Below, one piece after another: positions 52,494-64,000 of a stretch of DNA of 64,000 nucleotides. This DNA comes from Fimbriosthenelais zetlandica (taxonomy: Eukaryota), in the NCBI GenBank assembly GCA_977030845.1, contig OZ365116.1, forward strand, positions 26,102,001-26,166,000. Direction: 5' to 3'. Under the pieces are notes generated by a model. It was not told the DNA's origin. It searched no databases and worked only from the letters and a program-made list of their open reading frames with translations. A program made the position numbers and the translations under genes. Numbering within the stretch: the stretch's first letter is position 1; every line of letters starts with the position of its first letter.

Positions 52494-52947
52494 TACCAGT
52501 GTCACCTCACCCCAGCCCACGTCTACTGACGACCGAGTGTCGGCGTCTAAAGCCTGTGTCATCTCCTAATACCAGTGTCACCTCACCCCCCCCCCCCAGC
52601 CCCCCCCCCCCCCACCCCTCACCCCAACCCACGTCTACTGACGGCCGAGTGTCAGCATCTAAAGCCTGTGTCATCTCATAATACCAGTGTCACCTCACCC
52701 CAGCCCACGTCTACTGACGACCGAGTGTCGGCGTCTAAAGCCTGTGTCATCTCCTAATACCAGTGTCACCTCACCCCCCCCCCCCCCCAGCCCCCCCCCC
52801 CCCACCCCTCACCCCAACCCACGTCTACTGACGGCCGAGTGTCAGCATCTAAAGCCTGTGTCATCTCTTAATACCAGTGTCACCTCACCCCAGCCCACGT
52901 CTACTGACGACCGAGTGTCGGCGTCTAAAGCCTGTGTCATCTCCTAA
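52420..52947 (+). repeat. Tandem duplication (76/112-114 bp alternating, 6 copies) of the last codons and stop of the NWD-like gene
   Basis: GCCTGTGTCATCTC(A/C/T)TAA ends at 52493, 52569, 52681, 52757, 52871 and 52947. Confidence 0.95.
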
Positions 52948-52990
52948 AAGACACTCAAATGACTAATGACTAATGAACTCTCGTATTAAC

Positions 52991-52996
52991 AATAAA
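52991..52996 (+). other. Putative polyadenylation signal of the NWD-like gene
   Basis: AATAAA just downstream of the terminal repeat array. Confidence 0.5.
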
Positions 52997-54794
52997 AGTG
53001 AAGTGAACATTAGAGCTGATAAAGTGAGAGGAGCAGACTGTGGAAGGTAAGCTAGCAGTAAGTGAGGTTAAGGCTACCTTAAGATGTTACGTTGACTGTT
53101 ACCTTGTTACGTTAATCTATAGTTATAAGTATTATGCATGTACACTGTCTCTTAACTACTTTTTGTTGAGGATCTCCACTTAAACTCCATGATACCTCTC
53201 TGTACAGGAAATGTAAATTGACATTGAACTGAAAACACAGAGTGGAAAAAACCTCGTCTACAAGAAGTGAAAATATTCAACTGACGTATTAGAGAAGCAT
53301 CTGTGATAAAGTCTTGTAATGTTATCGTTAATTATATTGTAAAGTTATTGTTAGTAAAGTTAATAAATATTGTTTACTGCTATATATATGTTTATTCCTA
53401 TCCCACATGTAAAAGGTGCAGCTGAATTCATTAATATTTGACCAAATTTCAGAATCTGCTGTCACGATTTAAATTATGGGCCCCGGGACAATACATAAAT
53501 GAACAGTATAAAGTATTTGTTGGAAACATCGCGTAATATATCTTCAATATAATTAATTTGATGGCGGGCAAATGGAAGTTTGGTGTAAACAGTCTGAAAT
53601 GTAGTGCCAAAACAAGTGCCAATAATAGAAACCCCATTCACTGGACCGTGTGCTGGTATAACCTGAGAAGACCTCTTGTATAAAGTATGGAACAAGTGAG
53701 TGATTGTACACAGTCCGCCCTGAAGGAGGACATCTAGGGCTATATCCTACACAGGTCCGCCCTGGATGAGGACATCTAGGGCTATATCCTACAGTATCCT
53801 ACAGTATCCTACAGTACACATTCATCACCTTGTCATGTTCTGGTGCTGGCGTTAAATCATTTTCTGCACAATTCCGCTTAGATTTTTAAGTTGTTCCTTT
53901 AACAGCACTTATAGACGATGACAGTAAATGCAATGTATTATAATCACACTGACAGGACTGGTGGCGGGGGTGGGTGGTGGACCATGGTATGACTTGTTAA
54001 TATTTTAAACCCTACATGCCTCCTTAATTGACTCTTACACCCAGTCAAATCAACTTATATAATTATGTATTTTATTTTTCATCTAGAGTTTGGTAGCGAG
54101 GTTGTTGACATTTTTTAAAATGAAATTTCTGTTCGTTTAAGTGTGGCAATCAGTGCGTGGAGATGGCGGGGTGGGGGGGTGGGGGTGGAACTTTGGGGGC
54201 GGGGGGGGGGGCATTGTATACTTTAGATCCAAGCTCGGGCTCCTGATCTCTCTTACACTCTTTAAACATTAATACTCATTAAACCAGACAACATTCCATG
54301 ATATGATAATAGTGTATGTTAACCGTGGATGGGTGAGGATATTAAACCACTTAACGAACTGTCAAGGCCGGGTGGATCTGGCCAAGGTCGACGTGCACGC
54401 ACTCAGGATCAGGAATCTGAGGGAGTGGAAGTATAAAGGAAGGCATCAGTGCGTGGCTTGTGGAGAGTTGGTGAATGTAGAGGCGAGGCAGCCTGATGAC
54501 ACGCTCACAACGGCTGGAGCACTGAGACAGAAACAACCCCACAGAGGCGGTGAGACAGAAACAAACCTACCAACGGAGACTAGATAACAACCCTACAAAC
54601 GGGAACTACAGCACTGATAGATAACAACCCTACAAGCTGAGACTAGCTACATCTCTGTGTGACAAACTCAACTCCTCACTACCCATTCTCCACTGATCAT
54701 ATTGAGTTTTATTTAATCTTCTAACATAAGGAGCAATTCGTGGAGGACTAGGAGGCCTACTTCCACGTTGAGGTGGATGTTCACATGCGGCAGA

Positions 54795-57700
54795 ATGAAG
54801 ACTTTATTACTGAGTCTGTGTCTATTTGCCGCATGTTTTACCACATGTCAGTCTCTCACATGTCCACATTACTGTCAGTGTGAGAGGATGGATGGTGACG
54901 GCCATGACGTCAGATCCACGTGTCTCTTTACAAGTCTTAAACCGTCAGACACTCTAGACGACATCGACCTGGACAGGACAACTTGGCTGCGACTCGTGTG
55001 TGTGGATGTGGGTCCGCGGAGTCAACTCGCTGACAATGTGTTCGCTAAGTTAACGAGTCTCATCAGGCTGGATATTCTACAGTGTAAATTCACATCAGTG
55101 ACAGACACCACGTTCCCCGGGATTCCTTCCACCGTCACTAACTTCACCCTGGCTTCTAACCGACCCTCGTTTGAGGATAGTTGGCCGGAGTCAGCCGCTC
55201 ACTTTGAACATCTAGACTTGAGCTCCAGTAGACTGGAAGCTTTCGCTCACGGTTATTTCTGTGGTTTAGATTCCTTATTAACTTTAAATATTTCTAACAA
55301 TAAAATCCGACACGTCAGTGACCTGGGTTTACAGTGTACGGGGGAGGAGTCGGATTGTAACTCGTGCCTCCCTAACCTGGAGAGTTTAGACATCTCCGCC
55401 GCCGACTTCAGGAATTTTGATTCTCAGTTAGCCTGGGATGTTCCTAACCTCAGGAGGTTCGTGGCCTCCTCTTGTAACATTCATCCCACCGTGGATCGGT
55501 ACCTATTTAATAATCTACACGACCTCGACTATATCGACCTCAGCTGGAACCTGATTAGTGAATTCCATGAAGACACCTTTAAGGGTTTAAACAATCTCAA
55601 ACATTTAATCCTAACGGGTAATGAGATATTTGAACTGGACCCCGCCATCTTCACCCCCATACAGGACTTGACGTATCTAGATCTCTCTGTTAACTTCATC
55701 TCAGACCTGGTTTATGATGAACCTTTAGGATTTTTAGAAGATCTTGATAAACTGGAGTTCCTCGACCTCAGTGAGAATTTCTTTTTCTCAGTTTATGATG
55801 AGATGTTAAACAACAAGCCACAGCTGAAGACCCTGCGACTTTTACGATGCGATCTTCAGGAAATTGATCCGAACGTTTTTGAAACCGCCCCGAACATAGA
55901 AACTCTGAATGTGGGGGCTAATTATATACAGACTATTGAGAAGGAAACCTTCAGTGGCTTAACAAAACTGAAACGCTTAGTGCTGGCTGCTAATGAGATT
56001 AACTCCATCGACGACGAGGCCTTTGACGGCATCACATCTCTACAGACACTCTACTTGTTTGACAACTTATTATCAGAGCTACCGGAGGCTGTCAAGGTTC
56101 TTGACAACTTGAAGGGCTTGTACATCAGTAATAACGATATAGACGAGCTGGATACTGACATACTCCACAGTCTGACTGACTTAGAGGAAGCCTTCCTTGA
56201 TGGGAACCTGTTAGAGAGTGTGCCTGCTGATTTATTCCCTGACGGCAGTAAAGTTAAACAGCTGGATTTAAGTCATAACAGCATCAGCAGCATCGACCCT
56301 CACGCCTTTAGGAACATGGATGACCTGAGGAGTTTATTTATCAGCAATAATTACATTAAAACCATCGGATCATGGCTGGGTGGACTCTCAGGCCTGGAGC
56401 AACTTGATGTGACATTTAATGAGATAGAGATTGTAAAAGCCAACACGTTCCCCACGTCTCTCACGTACCTCAATCTGTCCCTCAATGATATCTCACAGGT
56501 AGAAAGTGACGCCTTTTATGGCATGGAGGATATTGAGGATATATCTTTGGCCCACAATAATATTAAGAATTTCGCTCCCTCCGCTGTTCGCACGTTTACC
56601 AGCAAGCCACCCAATATCTACATGACAGGTAACCCTGACCACAGCTGTGACTGTAGATCTCTCACTGATGACTCCCTCATCACGTGTCAGAATGGTAACA
56701 TCAAGCAGTACAACCAGCTGCTGTCATTCTCAGAGTACCTCCAGAAGCAGGATGTGGTGTGTATGTACGAGTCGGACTGCTCCGTGGCGAGCTGCTCTTG
56801 TTGTGGGGAGGAGGACTGTAGTTGTACCGTAGAATGTCCTACAGGATGTACGTGTTTCAACAACTATGACCGGAGCTCTGATATTATTAACTGTAGATCA
56901 TCAGAGTTTATTGAGGAGGTCCCTCAGTCTCTCTCCCCTACCCTCACCCATCTGGACCTCTCTGGTACCTTCATTGAGGTCCTAGTGCCTGGCGTCTTCA
57001 GCAGGTATGAGAAACTTAAATCACTCTCCCTCAACTCAAGTGGAGTGTACGATGTGGATCCGGGGGCGTTTGATGACCTGGATGAGCTGGAGATTCTGTA
57101 TATTCATGATAACAGTATATCACTCGTGGAAAACCTAGAGCTGCACACATTGAGCTCACTGAGTGAGGTCCACCTCAACAACAATGATCTAACGGAGATG
57201 GACCTGGACCTGCTGGATGCTAATGGCGCCAGCTTCGCCCTCAGTCTGGGCGGGAATCCCTGGCACTGTGACTGTGATTTCGGTCACAGATTCCAGGCCT
57301 GGTTAGATATACGATCTGGGCGCATCTTTGACATGGATGAGATCATCTGTGTGACCAGTGATGATGAGGTGACTGTAGGTGACAGTGTTCTAAACACGGA
57401 CTTCATGTCTCATTGTGGTGAACTACCCGAGGATCTCTTCACCAGACCTCCCACCACAGTCGCTAACACAGTCTCTACAGAAGATAACAGTACCAGGGAC
57501 ATCGCCCTGGGTGTGTCCCTGGCCGCTGTCCTCATCCTAGCCCTCGTCGGTGCTCTATTATTCTACTTAAGGTACAGAAGACGGAGGAACCGTCAACCAG
57601 CTAATAAAGCCCCGCTAGAGAACAGACCTTCTCGATTTGAGAACGTTAATGGCATGACGTGGCGGTCGTCTAATATATCCGAGGGCTCTATCAGGAAAGA

Positions 57701-57809
57701 GCACCTCGAGCTCGGGAGAACAAGCTCTGTTAAATCTATAGGCGAGAAGCAAAGTATCAGAGGTCTGGGGTCTATTCCTTTACAAACCGAGGCCACATAC
57801 CATGTATGA
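54795..57809 (+). CDS. Toll-type (multiple cysteine cluster) LRR transmembrane receptor without TIR domain, single exon, ~1004 aa
   Basis: Signal peptide MKTLLLSLCLFAACFTTCQS; LRRNT CPHYCQC; ~20 LRRs. Internal LRRCT-LRRNT cluster GNPDHSCDC..CMYESDCSVASCSCCGEEDCSCTVECPTGCTC, the Toll-6/7/8/18w-type signature. Then further LRRs, LRRCT GGNPWHCDC, TM 57501-57569, RYRRRRNR, and a ~75-aa tail. AATAAA at 58106. Confidence 0.92.
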   Translation: MKTLLLSLCLFAACFTTCQSLTCPHYCQCERMDGDGHDVRSTCLFTSLKPSDTLDDIDLDRTTWLRLVCVDVGPRSQLADNVFAKLTSLIRLDILQCKFTSVTDTTFPGIPSTVTNFTLASNRPSFEDSWPESAAHFEHLDLSSSRLEAFAHGYFCGLDSLLTLNISNNKIRHVSDLGLQCTGEESDCNSCLPNLESLDISAADFRNFDSQLAWDVPNLRRFVASSCNIHPTVDRYLFNNLHDLDYIDLSWNLISEFHEDTFKGLNNLKHLILTGNEIFELDPAIFTPIQDLTYLDLSVNFISDLVYDEPLGFLEDLDKLEFLDLSENFFFSVYDEMLNNKPQLKTLRLLRCDLQEIDPNVFETAPNIETLNVGANYIQTIEKETFSGLTKLKRLVLAANEINSIDDEAFDGITSLQTLYLFDNLLSELPEAVKVLDNLKGLYISNNDIDELDTDILHSLTDLEEAFLDGNLLESVPADLFPDGSKVKQLDLSHNSISSIDPHAFRNMDDLRSLFISNNYIKTIGSWLGGLSGLEQLDVTFNEIEIVKANTFPTSLTYLNLSLNDISQVESDAFYGMEDIEDISLAHNNIKNFAPSAVRTFTSKPPNIYMTGNPDHSCDCRSLTDDSLITCQNGNIKQYNQLLSFSEYLQKQDVVCMYESDCSVASCSCCGEEDCSCTVECPTGCTCFNNYDRSSDIINCRSSEFIEEVPQSLSPTLTHLDLSGTFIEVLVPGVFSRYEKLKSLSLNSSGVYDVDPGAFDDLDELEILYIHDNSISLVENLELHTLSSLSEVHLNNNDLTEMDLDLLDANGASFALSLGGNPWHCDCDFGHRFQAWLDIRSGRIFDMDEIICVTSDDEVTVGDSVLNTDFMSHCGELPEDLFTRPPTTVANTVSTEDNSTRDIALGVSLAAVLILALVGALLFYLRYRRRRNRQPANKAPLENRPSRFENVNGMTWRSSNISEGSIRKEHLELGRTSSVKSIGEKQSIRGLGSIPLQTEATYHV

Positions 57810-58510
57810 GACTGAGGACCAAGGACTGAAGTGAGGACAAGTCTCTAAACCTTTATCGTATAATAGTGTAGTGTTTAGTGTATGCTATACGCTGATATGA
57901 AGTGCTGTGATACAATGTAATGAAAGGATAATGTAAAATAGTCTGATATTATTCAAGCGATCGCTGCCTATACCGGGCAGGACACTCTCTACTCCCTCAA
58001 CATAATACACAATGTGATATATAAGTATGCAAGGAGAATGTGTATATAATTCACTGCCTTTAAACTCTCTCTTCGCTGCCAAAAATGTATAAAGTGATAA
58101 ATATCAATAAATATTATATATGTCAGTTTAATTGAGAAATTACTTTAATTTCAACAAACTAACCCCCAAATTTGTGAAGAATGATAACTATGTATATTGG
58201 TACTTAATCACATATCATCTTTTAGTGGCCTCGATACATGCCTAGATGTGAAATGACAAAGACACAAGACGATCCTAGGAAAGATTGATCTGTTTACATT
58301 AGTTTAAATGAAGCAACGCCCTCATGACTAAGTTAGCCAGGGATTAGCATTGACGACGAGTAGATGAAGCATATAGAGATAGAGGTAGAGGTGTAGTATG
58401 GGTGGAGACGGCTGGTCATGGTTGACATCCCTCACTCTATCCCACACTAACCTGCCGTGTCCTGAAACAGGTTGATGGTCACCTTACCGTGGCCAACTAC
58501 CGACCTGATC

Positions 58511-59610
58511 CAAAACAACCATCCCACATCTAAAACAACCATCCCACATCTAAAACAACCATCCCACATCTAAAACGACCATCCCCCATCTAAAACAACC
58601 ATCCCACATCTAAAACAACCATCCCCCATCTAAAACAACCATCCCCCATCTAAAACGACCATCCCCCATCTAAAACAACCATCCCACATCTAAAACAACC
58701 ATCCCCCATCTAAAACAACCATCCCCCATCTAAAACAACCATCCCCCATCTAAAACAACCATCCCCCATCTAAAACGACCATCCCCCATCTAAAACAACC
58801 ATCCCCCATCTAAAACAACCATCCCCCATCTAAAACAACCATCCCCCATCTAAAACAACCATCCCCCATCTAAAACAACCATCCCCCATCTAAAACAACC
58901 ATCCCCCATCTAAAACAACCATCCCCCATCTAAAACGACCATCCCCCATCTAAAACAACCATCCCCCATCTAAAACAACCATCCCCCATCTAAAACAACC
59001 ATCCCCCATCTAAAACAACCATCCCCCATCTAAAACAACCATCCCCCATCTAAAACGACCATCCCCCATCTAAAACAACCATCCCCCATCTAAAACAACC
59101 ATCCCCCATCTAAAACAACCATCCCCCATCTAAAACAACCATCCCCCATCTAAAACAACCATCCCCCATCTAAAACAACCATCCCCCATCTAAAACAACC
59201 ATCCCCCATCTAAAACGACCATCCCCCATCTAAAACAACCATCCCCCATCTAAAACAACCATCCCCCATCTAAAACAACCATCCCCCATCTAAAACAACC
59301 ATCCCCCATCTAAAACAACCATCCCACATCTAAAACGACCATCCCCCATCTAAAACAACCATCCCCCATCTAAAACAACCATCCCCCATCTAAAACAGCC
59401 ATCCCACATCTAAAACAACCATCCCCCATCTAAAACAACCATCCCCCATCTAAAACAACCATCCCCCATCTAAAACAACCATCCCCCATCTAAAACGACC
59501 ATCCCCCATCTAAAACAACCATCCCCCATCTAAAACAACCATCCCCCATCTAAAACAACCATCCCTCATCCAAAACAACCATCCCCCATCTAAAACAACC
59601 ATCCCACATC
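58511..59610. repeat. 20-bp satellite (~55 copies; taaaacaaccatcccccatc)
   Basis: Highly homogeneous period-20 array. Confidence 0.97.
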
Positions 59611-61299
59611 CTGCCTCCAATTGGGAAATATACACATAAAAGTAAAAAAAAAAGGGAATATTATATTACACTCATTCCCCAGGCACTCCCTCCATTGTTT
59701 GCTTAATTCAAGATTTAAAAAAATACAACTTCAAACTTCCTCCTCAGCTGTCTCCGATGTATGCATGCTTTAGTGTTCAAGGGATCCTTTATTAATATTA
59801 ATAACTAATTCATTATGGTTAAGTACAAGCATTTATAACAGCGAGGTGTGTATATGTCCTTTCGTAACATGTTTACATAAGTGTATTGTGGGTGTCTATT
59901 TTAGGGTGAGAGGGCAGGCCGTATAGCATGCTGCCAGTTAATGGGTGTCGCCCCGTTCCGCGGCCAGTTGGAGGGTCGACTCCCTTGGGTGGACTTGCAG
60001 GTCACCTTCACTATTCTCACAACTAGAATAGTTACTCTACTGTATACTTATCAATTTATGTATACTTACTATCAATTTAAAGATCTTAAAAGGCTGATAT
60101 ATCATGCGTCAAGCTTATGCATGTGAAAAATGTGCCAAAAGCTATATAGAGGGAGGCGATTTGTCAGTCGCTATTTTCACTTATTTGTTTTTCGTTTTTT
60201 CTTTGTTCTTTTAAGTGGGGTGGAAGTCGAAAACACTATTTCACTGTTTCAAGGAGGAGAGTAATTTTTCAAGAGTGGAAAAGAATATAATTATAGAAAT
60301 ATCTGAAATGGGAAAACGTACCTGAGAACGCTTAGAGAATCATAGCGTTTGAGAGCAATGATTATTACGGGTCATAAAATCCCAGATCATTATTATTTAA
60401 ATGACAGGGCAGATATGAATTTACCAAATCTGCTCTCAGCTATCCATGGGAATCAATGTGAAAACGTCCTCAAATTCCCCCACGGTAATTAGAAATGAAA
60501 ACATATATGTACAAATCCGTTTGCCAAAGTATTTAAAAATATTTTTATACAGATAATTGTTTTGGGGGATAGTTTAACTGCCTTTGGTCACGATGGCTGA
60601 CATGGCAAGTTTTAGTCCTACATCACACAAAGCTTGATCTCAATGAGCAGTCAAGTCTGAAGACTACCAGTTCACACGCACTGCAATGAAAATGAAAAAT
60701 AGATAACAAAAAGTAAACCAATTAACCAGCCCTCTAATTAACAGCTAAGATGAAAGGATTTCAAATGTTGTTTATAAATAACAATTTTGAGTTATGAGTA
60801 TTTTTAATCCATTTCCAACCATATGTATATGCGTCGTTGGCCATCAACTTATACATTAAATTCCAGAAATCTTTGGTGGTCCAAGTTTTGATGTACTAAT
60901 AATTTTAATGATTAATTAATTGTGTCGCCTCAGTTAAAAAAAAATAATAATAATAAATTGTATTCTTTATTTTGTTTGTTTCAATCAATAATAAACAATT
61001 AACAGTCATGTCCATTGACTTGCAGATAAAGAGTAGTAGGCCGACTACTAGTCGCGCACCTGTCTCCTCACAGATATAGAAGAGTAGATTTACTACTAGT
61101 CGCGCACGTCCTCAGTTCCTCACCTTGCCACGTGGCGTCGCGTCAGTTCCACTGGCCGCAGTTCCCCAGTTTGCCACTTCCTACTTGTCGCTTCCTGACG
61201 CCTCAGTTCCACAATTCGCCACCACAAGTACCAGTCGCCTTACTTCGGCTGGTCGCCACCATCTGTCGCCTCAGTTCCTTACTTTACCTCAGTTCACCA

Positions 61300-61470
61300 T
61301 TTCTCCACCACGCGTCGCCTCAGTTCCCCAGCTCACCTCAGTTCCGCCTTTCTCCACCACGCGTCGCCTCAGTTCCCCAGCTCACCTCAGTTCCGCCTTT
61401 CTCCACCACGCGTCGCCTCAGTTCCCCAGCTCACCTCAGTTCCGCCTTTCTCCACCACGCGCCGCCCCAG
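61300..61470. repeat. 49-bp tandem repeat (~3.4 copies) inside a GC-rich region of recurrent CCTCAGTTCC motifs
   Basis: tctccaccac at 61302, 61351, 61400, 61449. Confidence 0.85.
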
Positions 61471-63102
61471 TCTGGCCTCGTTATGTATATGAGGTGAAGA
61501 ATCGTGTCACAGAAAAATGGCGGAGCTGGTCTGACCAGCGAGTTAAATTCAAACCCAAAACGGACTAAAACAACCAACCTCGCCCCTCCACCTCACCCCG
61601 GATAACTGAGATCGTCAGGCGATGACGAGGCTCTCGTCATGAGCAGGTAAGATGGCGTTTAACGCGCGTTTATTACTGATTATACATCAATGTTTAACTG
61701 GACCTGTGATCGGGGAGGAGGATGGAGCCACTGAGGGAGTCTGGCTCTCCCTCTCTCACCTTATCTATCACCTCTATTATATGATTCTCTCTCTATTTCA
61801 TGGAGTGACTGTTATATATACGGGCAGGTTGATTTGTAGTTGGATTATTGTGATATTAAGCCGTGGTTGGCGTTATTGACAGCAGTAGTCACTGTTGATG
61901 TGCCGTGTTTTGGTTTACACTTGTTCTCTGTGAGTGTGACAGTGAGTCAGTCACATACCAACACACACTCTGACATCCACATTAAGATCATCATTTATTA
62001 CACTTTATGTCAGATTAATGTCATCTATAATACACTGACACCGACATGGATGTGTCAGGTCCATCTAGTGTACTAAATGGTCATTAATAACTTGTAGACT
62101 GACATTTCATCAGTTGGTTATTGTAAGGCCAATAGAATCTTCACAAATGTGGAGATTTAAATTGTCAGTTTATAGACTATATTGTTTTGTTTATTCGCCA
62201 TAATTTTCACCATGTGGAATTATTAATGGTCAATTATATTACAAAGATGTAAAGGGACCCCCTGATATTCACTGATGTGAAATTGTTACTTGGATCCTGT
62301 AGTTTTTAGTGATTTTAGGTTAATTTTAGGCCAGAATTTTATCTTTCATTGTTTTAGTAAAAACAATGTGGCCTTAATAAGAGTGTCAAATGCACCAACA
62401 ATATTATGAAAGTATTAGACAATGTAGGTTTTATAAATGTAGATAAAGACTATTTTAAATCCCCGTTAGATCTCTAGGTTCACAATGACTTGGTCATGAA
62501 TGGTCATGGCTCGGTGCTTCTAGCCGTTAGAACAGTTGTCTACTTCGACATAAAGAAAAATATAAATTTATCCTCAACAATCTTTACGTACAAGTTTGCC
62601 AATAAAAGACTGGCAAAGGATTCCGTGCACTCAGACACTGGCCTGGTCTGCACCCAATCTTCTCTACTCACTTAAGTTTCCCAAACTTAAGTTCTTACTC
62701 AAACACCATTATGTAATACATTTCTGATTATTAAGCCATATTTTAGATATGATCTAAAAACAAGTCATTACAATTCCTGTTAAGCATTTCTAAAGAACTT
62801 GATGCCAGAATTGACATTAAATCCCCTTAATAAAGCCATGGTATCTTAGTAAATTGACTGTAGTGATTATTGTAGGATATTTGACCTACATGCCAGCAGT
62901 GATACATGTAATCCACGAATAGCATGAATGATGGTCATATATCTACAGCTACCATGTAGGCCATGTAGGCCATGTAGGCCTACATGATAACCTACGTGCT
63001 AGGAATTATGGGTAGCATTATTTGCTGGTCTAGACAACCAACCCTATTGTGGCTTGTTACATTATAAATGTGTATTTGGAGTGGGCCAGTGTCACTTCTT
63101 GA

Positions 63103-63269
63103 NNNNNNNNNNNNNNNNNNNNNNNNNNNNNNNNNNNNNNNNNNNNNNNNNNNNNNNNNNNNNNNNNNNNNNNNNNNNNNNNNNNNNNNNNNNNNNNNNN
63201 NNNNNNNNNNNNNNNNNNNNNNNNNNNNNNNNNNNNNNNNNNNNNNNNNNNNNNNNNNNNNNNNNNNNN
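63103..63269. other. Assembly gap (167 N)
   Basis: Run of N. Confidence 1.
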
Positions 63270-64000
63270 AGTCAGCGTTAGTAATTTTGATACGTTTAAA
63301 CTTTGATTTTTGTAACTATTTATGAAGACCTTTTCTCCGCCTACAGTGCCCGGTATTATTATAATTAGCCCAGTGTTTCATGTCAATAACGCCTGGAGTT
63401 ACGCACCAGCTCAGGCTGCGCACCCAGCATTAAGTTTTTATGAAATGCCTGGTGATGGTGGACATTAAAGCCTCGTGATGGTGACCATCAAAGCTCGGTC
63501 AGTCACAGCTGGTGCTCGGTGTCTGATTCTCTATTAAAGCGACACCAGCTTGAGACTAAACTAATATTATCATCAGCTCTGACTACTTTAATAATTCACT
63601 GACACTTGACTCAAAGGATGTCACTTTGTTCAAGTCCTATACTACTGTCTAGGTGCCTACAAACTAATTAAGCTGAATATAATTCCACATATATGAAAGA
63701 CTGTAACAATCTTCTGTAACAATCTTTAGGAATACTTTCTAAAGGCATATTTTTCCCCACAACTTCTTAGTCGAGAAAAGAAAGTAGCAGCTTTTCACAG
63801 ATGATATGTTAGAGTCAATGTTGAGTCGTATTGAGTTGTTTTGAGTAGGAATAGCGGTAGTGTAGAATAAGAGACCAGCCATCTAGTCCTCCTATCCACC
63901 GTCGACTCATCGTGTTTTGAATAGTTGTGGTTTCCATGGTTTCCCTCTCACTCATCGCCAAGTTTATACTTAGAAACTCACTTTACACAAATTCCTCTAC

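Noticed and set aside
53449-53695. Two overlapping short minus-strand ORFs considered as a LINE/RT fragment
   Set aside because: No RT or endonuclease motif identifiable.
54768-54794. ORF-track start of the LRR receptor at 54768 (TTG)
   Set aside because: A non-ATG start; the signal peptide begins at ATG 54795.
62594-62672. Possible minus-strand exon (SREDWVQTRPVSECTESFASLLLAN)
   Set aside because: Weak acceptor, no neighbouring exons identified and no recognisable product.

Overview
Eukaryotic (animal) genomic DNA: intron-rich, AT-rich and repeat-rich, with three assembly gaps. A lophotrochozoan-like origin is my inference from gene and element types. Four host genes can be reconstructed by hand. 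(1) A 17-coding-exon, ~1312-aa AT-hook/C2H2 zinc-finger gene on the minus strand (30514->17976). (2) Head-to-head with it, an orphan 317-aa single-coding-exon gene (31636-32589). (3) An 11-exon, ~2069-aa NWD1/NWD2-like DUF4062(TIR-like)-NACHT-WD40 gene (40699-52493) that begins MGCTPS (myristoylation/palmitoylation-type motif) and ends CVIS (CaaX box). (4) Directly downstream, a single-exon multi-cysteine-cluster Toll-type LRR receptor that lacks a TIR domain (54795-57809). Mobile DNA includes an apparently intact, intron-containing Crypton-type tyrosine recombinase gene (11066-12928) with flanking diverged direct repeats and a long hairpin, several MITE families, and a Kolobok-like TIR element nested in a MITE. 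Two signals stand out: the possible pairing of a doubly lipid-anchored STAND protein with a TIR-less Toll receptor, and a window-wide tendency for tandem repeats to be built from exon-intron junctions (arrays of up to ~32 splice sites, and 6 copies of the CaaX+stop). All assignments come from motif recognition and manual translation; no database searches were run.
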